DNA of 64,000 nt, taken from an uncultured Patescibacteria group bacterium. GTDB taxonomy: Bacteria; Patescibacteriota; Microgenomatia; UBA1400; PJMF01. This document shows positions 10,713-19,591 of this stretch, piece by piece. How positions within the stretch are numbered: position 1 is the stretch's first letter; every line of letters starts with the position of its first letter. The DNA is taken from the NCBI GenBank assembly GCA_905478415.1, contig CAJQIG010000005.1, forward strand, positions 1,598-65,597. Reading direction: 5' to 3'. The notes below the pieces were generated by a model. That model was not told the DNA's origin. It worked only from the letters and a program-made list of their open reading frames with translations, and did no database searches. The translations under genes were made by a program, and so were the position numbers.

Positions 10713-11276
10713 ATGCCAACAAAAAAAGTTATAAATGTTTCCACTAAAGGTGGTGATGATGGAAGCTCTGGGTTGATTGATGGTGTACGTCTACCAAAAT
10801 CAAGTCATATTTTTCAAGTTTTGGGGGATGTTGACGAGTTGAACAGCTGGTTGGGATATTCGTTAGTAATGCTTTCGGTCAAACTGCCTGAGCAAAGTGC
10901 TGCTTTACGGCATGCGCAAAAGAATCTCTATTTACTCAGTGCTCTTATTGCTCAAGCTGATCCTAAAAAAGTTTCGGTAGCACGCGAAGAGTTGACCATT
11001 TTGGAGAAGAACTCACTGTATCTTCAGAAGTCAATGAAAGCAGATTGGACACAGTCTTTTTTATATCCAGGTGGCACTGAGACTGCAGCTCGTTTAGATA
11101 TTGCTCGCACCGTTTGTCGTCGATGTGAACGCTCAATGGTGGCTTTGAGTCAGGAGCAGCGAATTCCCGGTATTGCACTGCAGTATCTTAACCGTCTATC
11201 TGACTATTTGTATGTGTTGCGCTGTTTTGTAAACTTTAAAGAGGGATACCAGGAAGCTCAATTCGATATTAAGTAA
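10713..11276 (+). CDS. PduO-type ATP:cob(I)alamin adenosyltransferase
   Basis: Motifs TKGGDDG.S, GDVDELNS, ARTVCRRCER and YLNRLSDYL. Confidence 0.9.
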   Translation: MPTKKVINVSTKGGDDGSSGLIDGVRLPKSSHIFQVLGDVDELNSWLGYSLVMLSVKLPEQSAALRHAQKNLYLLSALIAQADPKKVSVAREELTILEKNSLYLQKSMKADWTQSFLYPGGTETAARLDIARTVCRRCERSMVALSQEQRIPGIALQYLNRLSDYLYVLRCFVNFKEGYQEAQFDIK

Positions 11277-11331
11277 AAAAATACAGCTGTGAGTTCTCTC
11301 AACAGCCGTATCTTTTCTGTCTAGTTCTGAC

Positions 11332-11952
11332 CTAGTATTTAAACTTTCTGATGAGTCCGACTACTCTGCCCTGAATCTGGACATTAGTAGCATAAATAGG
11401 GCTCATGGATGAGTTAGCGGGCTCTAAACGGACTCGAGTCACCTCTTTGTAGTATCGTTTGAGTGTGGCTAATCCATTATCTAAAAGTGCGACTACAATA
11501 TCGCCGTCTGCAACTTGGCTGGTTTCTTCAACTACAACATAGTCATCTTCTTGGATATGATCTTCGATCATTGAAGTTCCTTTAACTTGGAGTACGTATG
11601 ATCGTTTTTTACCACTAATCATTTCTGGAGAAACTTTAAAGGTAGCTCCTTCTTCAGGGTACGGTTCAATAGGAGAACCTGCTTGAATAAAGCCCATCAA
11701 GGGAAGGTCAATACTATCTGAAAGTTTGACAAAGGTTCGGTCAATGAGTTCAATTCCACGAACGGCTCCCTCATGCTTACGAATAACCTTTTTGCGTTGC
11801 AAAGCTTGTAGATGTTCATGAACTGTTGCCAAAGAAGAGACGCCAATTGAACCAGCAATTTCTTTAAGTGTTGGTGAATAGCCATTTTTTTGAATATACT
11901 GTCCAATGAAATCAACAATTTGTCGCTGACGTTTATACAAGGTGACGGCCAT
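11332..11952 (-). CDS. lexA: SOS repressor LexA
   Basis: Winged HTH (GYSPTLKEIA), Ala-Gly cleavage site IQAG, catalytic Ser (GTSM) and Lys (TLKR). Confidence 0.97.
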   Translation of the reverse strand: MAVTLYKRQRQIVDFIGQYIQKNGYSPTLKEIAGSIGVSSLATVHEHLQALQRKKVIRKHEGAVRGIELIDRTFVKLSDSIDLPLMGFIQAGSPIEPYPEEGATFKVSPEMISGKKRSYVLQVKGTSMIEDHIQEDDYVVVEETSQVADGDIVVALLDNGLATLKRYYKEVTRVRLEPANSSMSPIYATNVQIQGRVVGLIRKFKY

Positions 11953-12028
11953 AAGGGTCCTTTTTAAGATATATTAGTACTGTCCATTTATGTTCGGGCG
12001 TATGTTACCCGAACTGAACACAGCATAA

Positions 12029-12044
12029 CCGAACACAAGCCGTA
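12029..12044 (-). promoter_or_regulatory. Putative LexA autoregulatory box (TACGG-N6-TTCGG)
   Basis: Plus strand CCGAACACAAGCCGTA, with extra half-sites in the inverted repeat GTTCGGG-N9-CCCGAAC at 11992-12014. Confidence 0.7.
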
Positions 12045-12119
12045 CCTTCAAGCAGATCTTACTATATCAAATATAATCAAAATACCTAAATGAAGAAAAA
12101 CCGAATGGTTTGGGTGTAA

Positions 12120-13811
12120 CTATATCAATGAGCGACCAGTCATCGTGTCAGGTTTGGGGATACCGAGGACTTTGAGCATGGTTGGAGCGATATCTGCAAG
12201 AATTCCAGTTGGAAGCATTATTGGTTTATTTGCATACTGTTGCCCGATGATAAGTAATGGGACTGGGTAAATTGAGTGTTCGGTGTCGACTTCGCCTGTT
12301 TCGTTATTTATTAATTCTTCGGCATTGCCATGATCAGCAGTAATAAGAACCACTCCACCTTGGGAATAAATTTCATTGACAATTCGGCCGAGATGATAAT
12401 CCAAAATTTCACAGGCAGCAATGGTTGCGTCTAAATTACCTGTGTGTCCAACCATATCCCCATTACAAAGATTCGAAATAATGACATCATATTTTTTTAA
12501 TCTGATCTTTTCAATCATGTGGTCAGCAATTTCTGGGGTACTCATTTCTGGTGCAAGGTCATATGACTTCACACCTTTAGATGGAAAAATAACACGATCT
12601 TCGCCCGGATAGATAGTATCTTGTTGCCCATTCATATAGAAGGTTACGAACCGCTCTTTTTCTGATTCTGACATTCTTAGCTGACTGAGTCCGTTCATTG
12701 AGATGATACGACACAGAGGATTCTTGATATTTTGAGGAGGAAAACCGATGTCAGTTGGCAGGTGTTCCTCATACTGTGTCATGGTCACGAAGTAAAGGTT
12801 ATTTATTTTTTTCTGTCGCTTAAAAGTAGTGATATGTTCTTTTTTCTGAATATTGGTGTTTTCATATTTTTCTGCATACGGGTCAAAAGCTTCTTCTGAG
12901 ATACCACCTTCAAAGTCTGGCATGACAAAGGCTCGAGTTAATTCACGAGGGCGGTCGATACGGTAGTTGAAAAAGATAGCTGCATCATTTTCTTGAATGG
13001 TGGTGACGTGGCCTTCGGCTGAGAGGATGTTGGTTGGTTCGATAAATTCATCGGTGACACCAGCTTCATACTGTTGTTGCAGATAGGCAATGGGGTCACT
13101 TGTTTGTTTGCCATTGCCGATGGTCAGTGCATTATAGGCAGCTTCAATTCGGTCCCAGCGTTTGTCTCGATCCATCGCATAGAATCTACCCATAAGAGTT
13201 ACAAGCTTCCCAACTCCGAGTGATTTGCAGGTGTCGGCAATTTGCTGTACGTAATTTACTCCAGATGTTGGAGGTGAGTCTCTACCGTCCGTGAAACCAT
13301 GGATAAAGACACGTTCAACTTGTTGCAGTTTACAAAAATTTAGAAGTGCATAGAGGTGTTCGATATTAGAGTGAACACCACCCGCTCCAATGAGTCCCAT
13401 GATATGTAAGTTCGAGTTGTGTTTTTTTGTGTGGTTAACGGCGTTTATAAATGCTGTTGTATTATTGAAAGAACCATCAGCTATTGCCATGTTGATACGA
13501 GGCAAATCTTGAAAGACGATGTGTCCAGCACCAATATTAAGATGACCGGTTTCTGTGTTCCCATCTTCACCTCTTGGAAGGCCAACGGCTTCGCCACTTG
13601 CAGTGATTTGAGTATGTGGAAACGAAAGCCAGTACTTATCCATGTTTGGGGTTTTGGCTCTCATAATGGCATTTCCAGCATTATTGGGGCCAATGCCCCA
13701 GCCATCTAGGATGAAAAGTGCAACTGGTTTTGAGCCGGAATAGTTGCCTTTTTGGTACGTGGTATTAAAAGGCATGCCACTGAGAGTAGGTTCGATTGGT
13801 TTGTCTGCCAT
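12120..13811 (-). CDS. gpmI: 2,3-bisphosphoglycerate-independent phosphoglycerate mutase
   Basis: Motifs ILDGWG, GN(T)ETGH, DGRD, GRFYAMDRD, DMVGHTG and TADHGNAE. Confidence 0.95.
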   Translation of the reverse strand: MADKPIEPTLSGMPFNTTYQKGNYSGSKPVALFILDGWGIGPNNAGNAIMRAKTPNMDKYWLSFPHTQITASGEAVGLPRGEDGNTETGHLNIGAGHIVFQDLPRINMAIADGSFNNTTAFINAVNHTKKHNSNLHIMGLIGAGGVHSNIEHLYALLNFCKLQQVERVFIHGFTDGRDSPPTSGVNYVQQIADTCKSLGVGKLVTLMGRFYAMDRDKRWDRIEAAYNALTIGNGKQTSDPIAYLQQQYEAGVTDEFIEPTNILSAEGHVTTIQENDAAIFFNYRIDRPRELTRAFVMPDFEGGISEEAFDPYAEKYENTNIQKKEHITTFKRQKKINNLYFVTMTQYEEHLPTDIGFPPQNIKNPLCRIISMNGLSQLRMSESEKERFVTFYMNGQQDTIYPGEDRVIFPSKGVKSYDLAPEMSTPEIADHMIEKIRLKKYDVIISNLCNGDMVGHTGNLDATIAACEILDYHLGRIVNEIYSQGGVVLITADHGNAEELINNETGEVDTEHSIYPVPLLIIGQQYANKPIMLPTGILADIAPTMLKVLGIPKPDTMTGRSLI

Positions 13812-13861
13812 TTTTTATTTCTAGTTATGATTTCAATGTGATACAGTCGATAGTATCATAG

Positions 13862-15190
13862 TTAGCTTGCTGATGTCTCTGGGTTTTGAGGTGCTTCTGC
13901 AGGTGGTGTCTCAACAGCCGGCGAACCAGCAACTTGGCTATGCAAAATTTCTTGATGAATTTGTAGTAGTCGGTTGTATTTTGAAACACGCTCTCCTCTG
14001 TTTGGAGGTCCAAACTTGGTGTAGTCAGCCCCCACGCCAACTGCAAAGTCAGCGATAAAGTCATCATTGGTTTCACCACTGCGGTGGGACATAATTACTT
14101 GCCAGTTGGCTTCTTTTGCTAAACGAATAACTTCGATTGTTTCACTAATAGTACCTGTCTGATTTGGTTTGACGAGTACAGCATTACAAGTTTTATTTTT
14201 AATAGCTTCTGCTGTTTTTTCTTTATTTGTAGCAAGTAAACTGTCACCAACAATCTTAGTTGTTTCTCCAAGATCAGCTGTGATTTGTTTCCAAGCATTT
14301 TCATCGTCTTCCTGGAACGGGTCTTCAATATAGAAGACATGATAGAGATCTCGAAGTTTTTTATAGTACTCGACCATCTCTTTTGATGTGTATGGCTCGG
14401 ATCGATCTTTAAGTGAGTATTTGCCACCTGTATACAGTTCGCTGGCAGCTGCATCGATGCCAAAGAAGACGTCTTGAGCAAAGGTGTACGGGCTGGTTTT
14501 GATTGTTTCTACTAAAATCTCGAATACATCAGTATTACTATAGAGGTTAGGGGTGAAACCACCCACTATTCCCGTTGAGTGGATAGCTCCTTTGATATTG
14601 AGAACCTCTTCGATTTTGTGAAAGAGGGTAACGGCAATGTTTAGTGATGATTCATAATCAATGTGACTGGCAGGAATAATCTCAAATTCTTGAAGATCCA
14701 GGTTGTCAGCACCGTGTTCTCCTCCATTTATCATTGTGTAGATACAGCTAGGAATAGCGACTTCGCTTACTAACTGATATTTTTGTTGAATGTAGTAGTA
14801 GAGTGGTACGTTGAGACTGAGAGCACCAGCTTTGAGAACTGCTTGACTGGCGGCTAAAATAGAGTTTGACCCAAGTTTTGATTTATCGTTGGTGCCATCT
14901 AAGGTGACGAGCAATTGATCAATTTCAAACTGCTGGGTTGGGTCTTTACCAATGAGAGCCTGAGCAATGGTTGTATTGAGATATTCAACTGCTTTGAGAA
15001 CGCCTTTACCATTCATTCGTTCTGGATCATTATCTCTGAGTTCATGTGCTTCGTACTTACCAACAGATGTACCAGTTGGAACACTCGTGGCTACAATAGC
15101 CCCGTTATCAAGCCAGAGTGTGCATTCGACCGTTGGAATTCCTCTCGAATCCATGATTTCGCGCGCGTAGAGTCCTTGAATGAGTGGCAT
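13862..15190 (-). CDS. eno: Enolase (atypical general-acid loop)
   Basis: Motifs DSRGIPTVE, NGGEH, QEF, IEDP, LVKPNQ, SHRSGET and ERVSKYNRLL. Confidence 0.93.
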   Translation of the reverse strand: MPLIQGLYAREIMDSRGIPTVECTLWLDNGAIVATSVPTGTSVGKYEAHELRDNDPERMNGKGVLKAVEYLNTTIAQALIGKDPTQQFEIDQLLVTLDGTNDKSKLGSNSILAASQAVLKAGALSLNVPLYYYIQQKYQLVSEVAIPSCIYTMINGGEHGADNLDLQEFEIIPASHIDYESSLNIAVTLFHKIEEVLNIKGAIHSTGIVGGFTPNLYSNTDVFEILVETIKTSPYTFAQDVFFGIDAAASELYTGGKYSLKDRSEPYTSKEMVEYYKKLRDLYHVFYIEDPFQEDDENAWKQITADLGETTKIVGDSLLATNKEKTAEAIKNKTCNAVLVKPNQTGTISETIEVIRLAKEANWQVIMSHRSGETNDDFIADFAVGVGADYTKFGPPNRGERVSKYNRLLQIHQEILHSQVAGSPAVETPPAEAPQNPETSAS

Positions 15191-15202
15191 ATATAGTCTT
15201 CT

Positions 15203-17038
15203 TTATAGTACGATTTTATTTGATACTGTATTTTTTTTCTCGAGTAGCGGGGCCGCTTCGTAATCTATGATACAGGCTTTTGCGAGGGGCGCAACTGCTG
15301 GGCGAACAGTGACTCCAGTCAGCCCCAGTTTGACAGCCAGGGCAACGATAGCGGGGTTATATTGTTCCATTTGTAAGAGGATCGGAAGTTCTTCTAGTCG
15401 TGCTGTTTTCTTAGATTTTTGAATTTGAGCGATGAATGTTTCAAGTAACGTTTCTAGTAACTCTATTGGGGCAGAATAGTGCTCTTGAAGTAGAGAATTT
15501 GTGGGATCAGTGCCGAGGAGGAGTTGGAGCAACGTATCAACTTGAATACTAATGCCATCGATTTTTTTGACGGGATATGCTGAAGCGTTCAATATATTTT
15601 CGGGAGTGGTTACCTGCCACCAGAGTTCGAATTGTGGGGTTGGTAGCGCAGCTTCTGCAACTTTTACAATAATTCTCTGTAGCTCTTCTGGTGAGCGAAC
15701 AAAGGGTAGTAGAAGGCCAATTGTTGTTGATGAGTGTTGACAGTATTCTTTAAGTGTTTCAAGCTCTAGGTCAAAAAGATCTGGTTGAGAGAGCTGCTTG
15801 TAGGCTCCTCTTGTCCCGACCCAAGGATTTTGTTCAACCGATTCATACGTAGTTGCATGCTCAAGTTTTGAGAGTTCGTTCGAGGGGAAATCGAAACTTC
15901 TATACAGAATTTTTTTAATCTGAGGAAATGAGTTGAAGGTTTGGAGTGTATGAATGAGAGAGTGTTTAAGTAAGTTTCGCTTGTGACCACGAACCAAAGC
16001 GTGAGGATGTGTTCCGTATTTCAGAATCGAGTACTCACTTTTTAAGAGACCAATGCCAGCTATTGGTAGATCTGTATAAGTAGCAGATCTCTGAGGATTA
16101 CCTGCAGATGCGTACACTTGAGTGATGCTTTTTTGTTCAGAATCGAGGTGTTCATATTCGGCAAAATCTGAAATTGCGGTGATTGCAATGTTATTTTCAA
16201 GCAATGCCCACGATACTTTTTTGTGATCTAGGTGTTGCTTTTTAATACTGTTAACGATGTGAGCGATTTCAACTATCTGAGAATTGCTGAGGTGATGTCT
16301 TGATTGCTTTGAGGCTCCAAAGAGAGATGTCTTTTTGGGTGAAAGTCCGATCTTTTTTTTGATAACATTCCAGGTTCTGATATCGACTTCATAGCTATTT
16401 GAGTACTCAGACTCATGGTTTGCGTGGTCTGTTTGGTTACTGACAATATAGACTGTAGTTTTAACACCAGTTCGAGGATGTTTGGTAAAGGCAGTTCCAT
16501 GAGCAGCAGAAACAATATACTCACGTACAACTAGAGGAGAAGTGAAAAGGGCTGTGTGAATTTCCTTTTGTTTCGTTTGTAAGATGTGAGTAAGCACAAT
16601 CTGACTCCACTCTTCTAGCAAAGTGAGAAAAAAGTTGGTGTCACCGGTGGTTTTTTTTGTAGTAACGGAATTTGTGGAATTATTTGAAGAGAAAACAGAG
16701 ACTGCTTGTCCCAAAAAATAGTCATGATAGACCTGATGGAGTTCTTGAAGAATTGGGCTTGGGATTTTTGATCGAGTGATGATGTTTTTAACACTCTTTT
16801 GTAAGTGTGTCACAGACACTGGATCATGGAAATTTGTTTCTTTAAGAAGTAAGCCCAGTTTTTTTGTAAGTGTATTAGCGTCTGCAATAGCCTGGAGAGT
16901 ACTAAGTGGAATAATGGCGGTTTTAGGAATACTAAAATGCAACTTGAGGAGAGTAAGCTGTTTTGCTCCAAAAACACCAACGGTCGGTTTGGAGACGCGT
17001 GAAAAATCTCTGGGCAGGAGAACGAAACAATTTTTCAT
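15203..17038 (-). CDS. Degenerate PEP synthase/PPDK-like protein lacking the phospho-His domain
   Basis: Divergent N-terminal ATP-grasp-like region (GTAFTKHP) and C-terminal PEP-binding barrel (GIGLLKSE, EQNPWVGTRGA, LLPFVRS); sits next to eno. Confidence 0.7.
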   Translation of the reverse strand: MKNCFVLLPRDFSRVSKPTVGVFGAKQLTLLKLHFSIPKTAIIPLSTLQAIADANTLTKKLGLLLKETNFHDPVSVTHLQKSVKNIITRSKIPSPILQELHQVYHDYFLGQAVSVFSSNNSTNSVTTKKTTGDTNFFLTLLEEWSQIVLTHILQTKQKEIHTALFTSPLVVREYIVSAAHGTAFTKHPRTGVKTTVYIVSNQTDHANHESEYSNSYEVDIRTWNVIKKKIGLSPKKTSLFGASKQSRHHLSNSQIVEIAHIVNSIKKQHLDHKKVSWALLENNIAITAISDFAEYEHLDSEQKSITQVYASAGNPQRSATYTDLPIAGIGLLKSEYSILKYGTHPHALVRGHKRNLLKHSLIHTLQTFNSFPQIKKILYRSFDFPSNELSKLEHATTYESVEQNPWVGTRGAYKQLSQPDLFDLELETLKEYCQHSSTTIGLLLPFVRSPEELQRIIVKVAEAALPTPQFELWWQVTTPENILNASAYPVKKIDGISIQVDTLLQLLLGTDPTNSLLQEHYSAPIELLETLLETFIAQIQKSKKTARLEELPILLQMEQYNPAIVALAVKLGLTGVTVRPAVAPLAKACIIDYEAAPLLEKKNTVSNKIVL

Positions 17039-17097
17039 TGCTAATACTATACTACCTTACTTAGGACAAAGGTTAAAGACCCCAAGCTGTCATATGG

Positions 17098-18183
17098 TTA
17101 ATAGTCTTGGCTCTGTTCTTTTAGTTTTTCTTTGAATGAGTCGACAAAAGGAATGGGACTTGGATCGATCCCTTCAAGCATGGCAATGTAGAAACTGCAA
17201 AAACTAAAGAGTGAAATCATCTCAAATGCCTGTTCAATTTTAGTGGCTGACTTGAGCGGTACCGCTGTTGTTTCAATCTCATTTTCTTCAACAATGTGTT
17301 GTGTTAATTTCATTCGCAGACTCACTTTAGGTGGGTATAAGACTGAGGTTACAAATACAAAGAAATGGGTTGAAGCATTACTTTTCGGAAACTTGAGTCC
17401 TTCCATCAGATGGTGGTTAATCTCTGGAACAACTTTATAGTTGACGAATACTTTTCCGTTTTCATTGTGTTGGTTAGCACTGACATGCGCAACTCCCTCA
17501 AGAAATTCTCCGGCTACGATGAACGGTTGTCTATCCATCATGAGGAATGCTAAAGTTTTTGCAGGGTTCGATTCGGCTGGAACTTCGACAGTGCACCCAG
17601 CAACTTGTGTATCAATTGCTTTGATAACTGCAGTAACATCTTCATCAGAAACACTGATGAGACCAGCTTTTTCAAGTAATCCAATAGTTCCAAACACTGA
17701 GTATCCAATGGCCATACGCGGTTGCTCTGATGGGTTGTGTACGGGGTCTATTTTGTAGTAGGTATAGCCTTTTTCTTGAGCAAGGTCAGCTAAAGCTCCA
17801 CCAGCACAAATAACCATAATCTGAGCTTGTTTTGCTTCAGCTTCTTTAGCTGCCGAGAGCACTTCTTCAGTAGTGCCTGAATAGCTAGAAAGAACCACTA
17901 GGGTGTGTTGGTCAACATAGTTAGGTAGTGAGTAGGTGCGATTGATGTAGAGTGGCACTTTCATTTGTTCTTTGAACAGGTGCAGGATGACATCTGCACC
18001 CAGCGCTGAGCCTCCCATTCCGGCTACAACAACATTGCGGATTTCGTCTTTGGCAGTGAATTGAACTTTTTTTAGCTCTTGCCAAGCATGTTCAATTTGT
18101 TTGCCGAGGGCTTCGATTGAACCGAGCATATTTGAGTTATCAAGCTGTGCAATTTCTTCTCGTGAATCAATGATACTAGCCAT
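17098..18183 (-). CDS. Bifunctional phosphoglucose/phosphomannose isomerase (SIS)
   Basis: Motifs GMGGSALG, SSYSGTTEE, QPRMA, NENGK and PEINHH. Confidence 0.9.
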   Translation of the reverse strand: MASIIDSREEIAQLDNSNMLGSIEALGKQIEHAWQELKKVQFTAKDEIRNVVVAGMGGSALGADVILHLFKEQMKVPLYINRTYSLPNYVDQHTLVVLSSYSGTTEEVLSAAKEAEAKQAQIMVICAGGALADLAQEKGYTYYKIDPVHNPSEQPRMAIGYSVFGTIGLLEKAGLISVSDEDVTAVIKAIDTQVAGCTVEVPAESNPAKTLAFLMMDRQPFIVAGEFLEGVAHVSANQHNENGKVFVNYKVVPEINHHLMEGLKFPKSNASTHFFVFVTSVLYPPKVSLRMKLTQHIVEENEIETTAVPLKSATKIEQAFEMISLFSFCSFYIAMLEGIDPSPIPFVDSFKEKLKEQSQDY

Positions 18184-18194
18184 ACGTTCCTTTC

Positions 18195-19469
18195 CTATTC
18201 TGTTTCTATTGGTTCGTGTTCTGTATTTTTTGAAATGGTTGTAGCTGGGTGAACGAACGTTCGCGCCCCCAGTAAAATCCCCGGCATAGCTCGCACGCTA
18301 ATACCTAGATTGGCATATGCTCCGATAATGACACCTTGCCTATTTGAGGGCAGCGTGACCATTGACCCTTTGAGTTGGGTCCGGATAGGTGCCCGGTCAA
18401 GTCGTTTATTCGCTGTAATCAGACCTGCACCAACCTTTACTCCCTGGCCTAAGATTGAGTCTGCTAGATAGCCAAAGTGAATCGATGCTTTTGGTAGTAA
18501 AATTGCCCGCACGACTTCTGTGTTGGCTCCAACAGTAGCGCCAGCTTCAATACTACATTCGCCCCGAACAAAACAGTAGTCACCTACCATTGCCTCGGAA
18601 CCGATGTAACAAGGACCCACTATTTTTGCGAAGTCTCCGATTCTTGCTCCAGCTTTGATAATAATGGGGCCGGCTGAGTCATCGAGGACGGCAGTGGTAC
18701 TGATGTTTGCTTCTGGACTGATACTGGTTTTTTGATTTTCGAAGAGGTGAGAAAGCATCTCAAAAAGGTGCCAAGAATATTTGAGACTTGGTAGTTCTTC
18801 GGTATTTTCAACCCAAGTGACGACATGGTCTTTTGCGAAAGATGTTAGAGCTGCTTCAAGTGAGTACTCCTCTTGAGGAGTAGTTTCTAAGTGAGCCATA
18901 AAGCTTTTAGAGAGGAGATAAATGCTATTAATTTTATAGTTCGAAGGAGCATGTTCTTGGGGTTTTTCGACTATGCCGATAACTCGATTAGCATGCTCTG
19001 GATCAAACTCAAACATGCCATACAGAGAAGGGTTCTCGACTTGTGTACCCATAAAAACACATTCACTCTGCTCTGTTTGCTGTGAGTGCCAGAGTTCTTC
19101 TGCTAGTTCACCCGCATTTGTATAGTACGGTGACAGCATGATGAAGTGCTCAGTTTGCAGGTGTGCAGTGGCAGTTAAGAGCGCTTGCCCTGCTCCTTGT
19201 GCATCAGGTTGTAGTGTCCAAGATATGTTTGAGTTGAGATTATATTTTGTGATCTCAGCACTGAAACCTTTACCTTGAAAATCTTTTTCGGAGACAACAA
19301 TCACGATATCCATGAAGCCATGTGCTTCGAGATTTCTGAGAGTGCGAATGATAATTGGTTCGCCTAAAAGTGGCAAACAACCTTTGTGAGTTTCAGTATT
19401 GAGAGGAAAAAAGCGACTATTTTTACCAGCGGCTAGGATGACAACTGTGGGCTTTTGAGTTTCGTTCAT
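18195..19469 (-). CDS. Sugar-phosphate nucleotidyltransferase with left-handed beta-helix (GlmU-like)
   Basis: VILAAGKNSRFFP, IVEKP, and a hexapeptide-repeat C-terminus. Confidence 0.85.
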   Translation of the reverse strand: MNETQKPTVVILAAGKNSRFFPLNTETHKGCLPLLGEPIIIRTLRNLEAHGFMDIVIVVSEKDFQGKGFSAEITKYNLNSNISWTLQPDAQGAGQALLTATAHLQTEHFIMLSPYYTNAGELAEELWHSQQTEQSECVFMGTQVENPSLYGMFEFDPEHANRVIGIVEKPQEHAPSNYKINSIYLLSKSFMAHLETTPQEEYSLEAALTSFAKDHVVTWVENTEELPSLKYSWHLFEMLSHLFENQKTSISPEANISTTAVLDDSAGPIIIKAGARIGDFAKIVGPCYIGSEAMVGDYCFVRGECSIEAGATVGANTEVVRAILLPKASIHFGYLADSILGQGVKVGAGLITANKRLDRAPIRTQLKGSMVTLPSNRQGVIIGAYANLGISVRAMPGILLGARTFVHPATTISKNTEHEPIETE

Positions 19470-19528
19470 ACGTCTACTATACCATTCTTTTTTGTCTTCT
19501 CCAGATGTGTTAGGCAGTTCTAATCTGT

Positions 19529-19561
19529 GGAGGGGCAGGCGGCACAGCCGCCTGCCCCTCC
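19529..19561. terminator. Strong GC-rich hairpin between pmm/pgm and the NTase gene
   Basis: GGAGGGGCAGGCGGC-ACA-GCCGCCTGCCCCTCC is a perfect 15-bp stem, but no clear U-tract follows. Confidence 0.55.
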
Positions 19562-19591
19562 AACGTACCTGTTGCTACTGTATGTCTTTGT

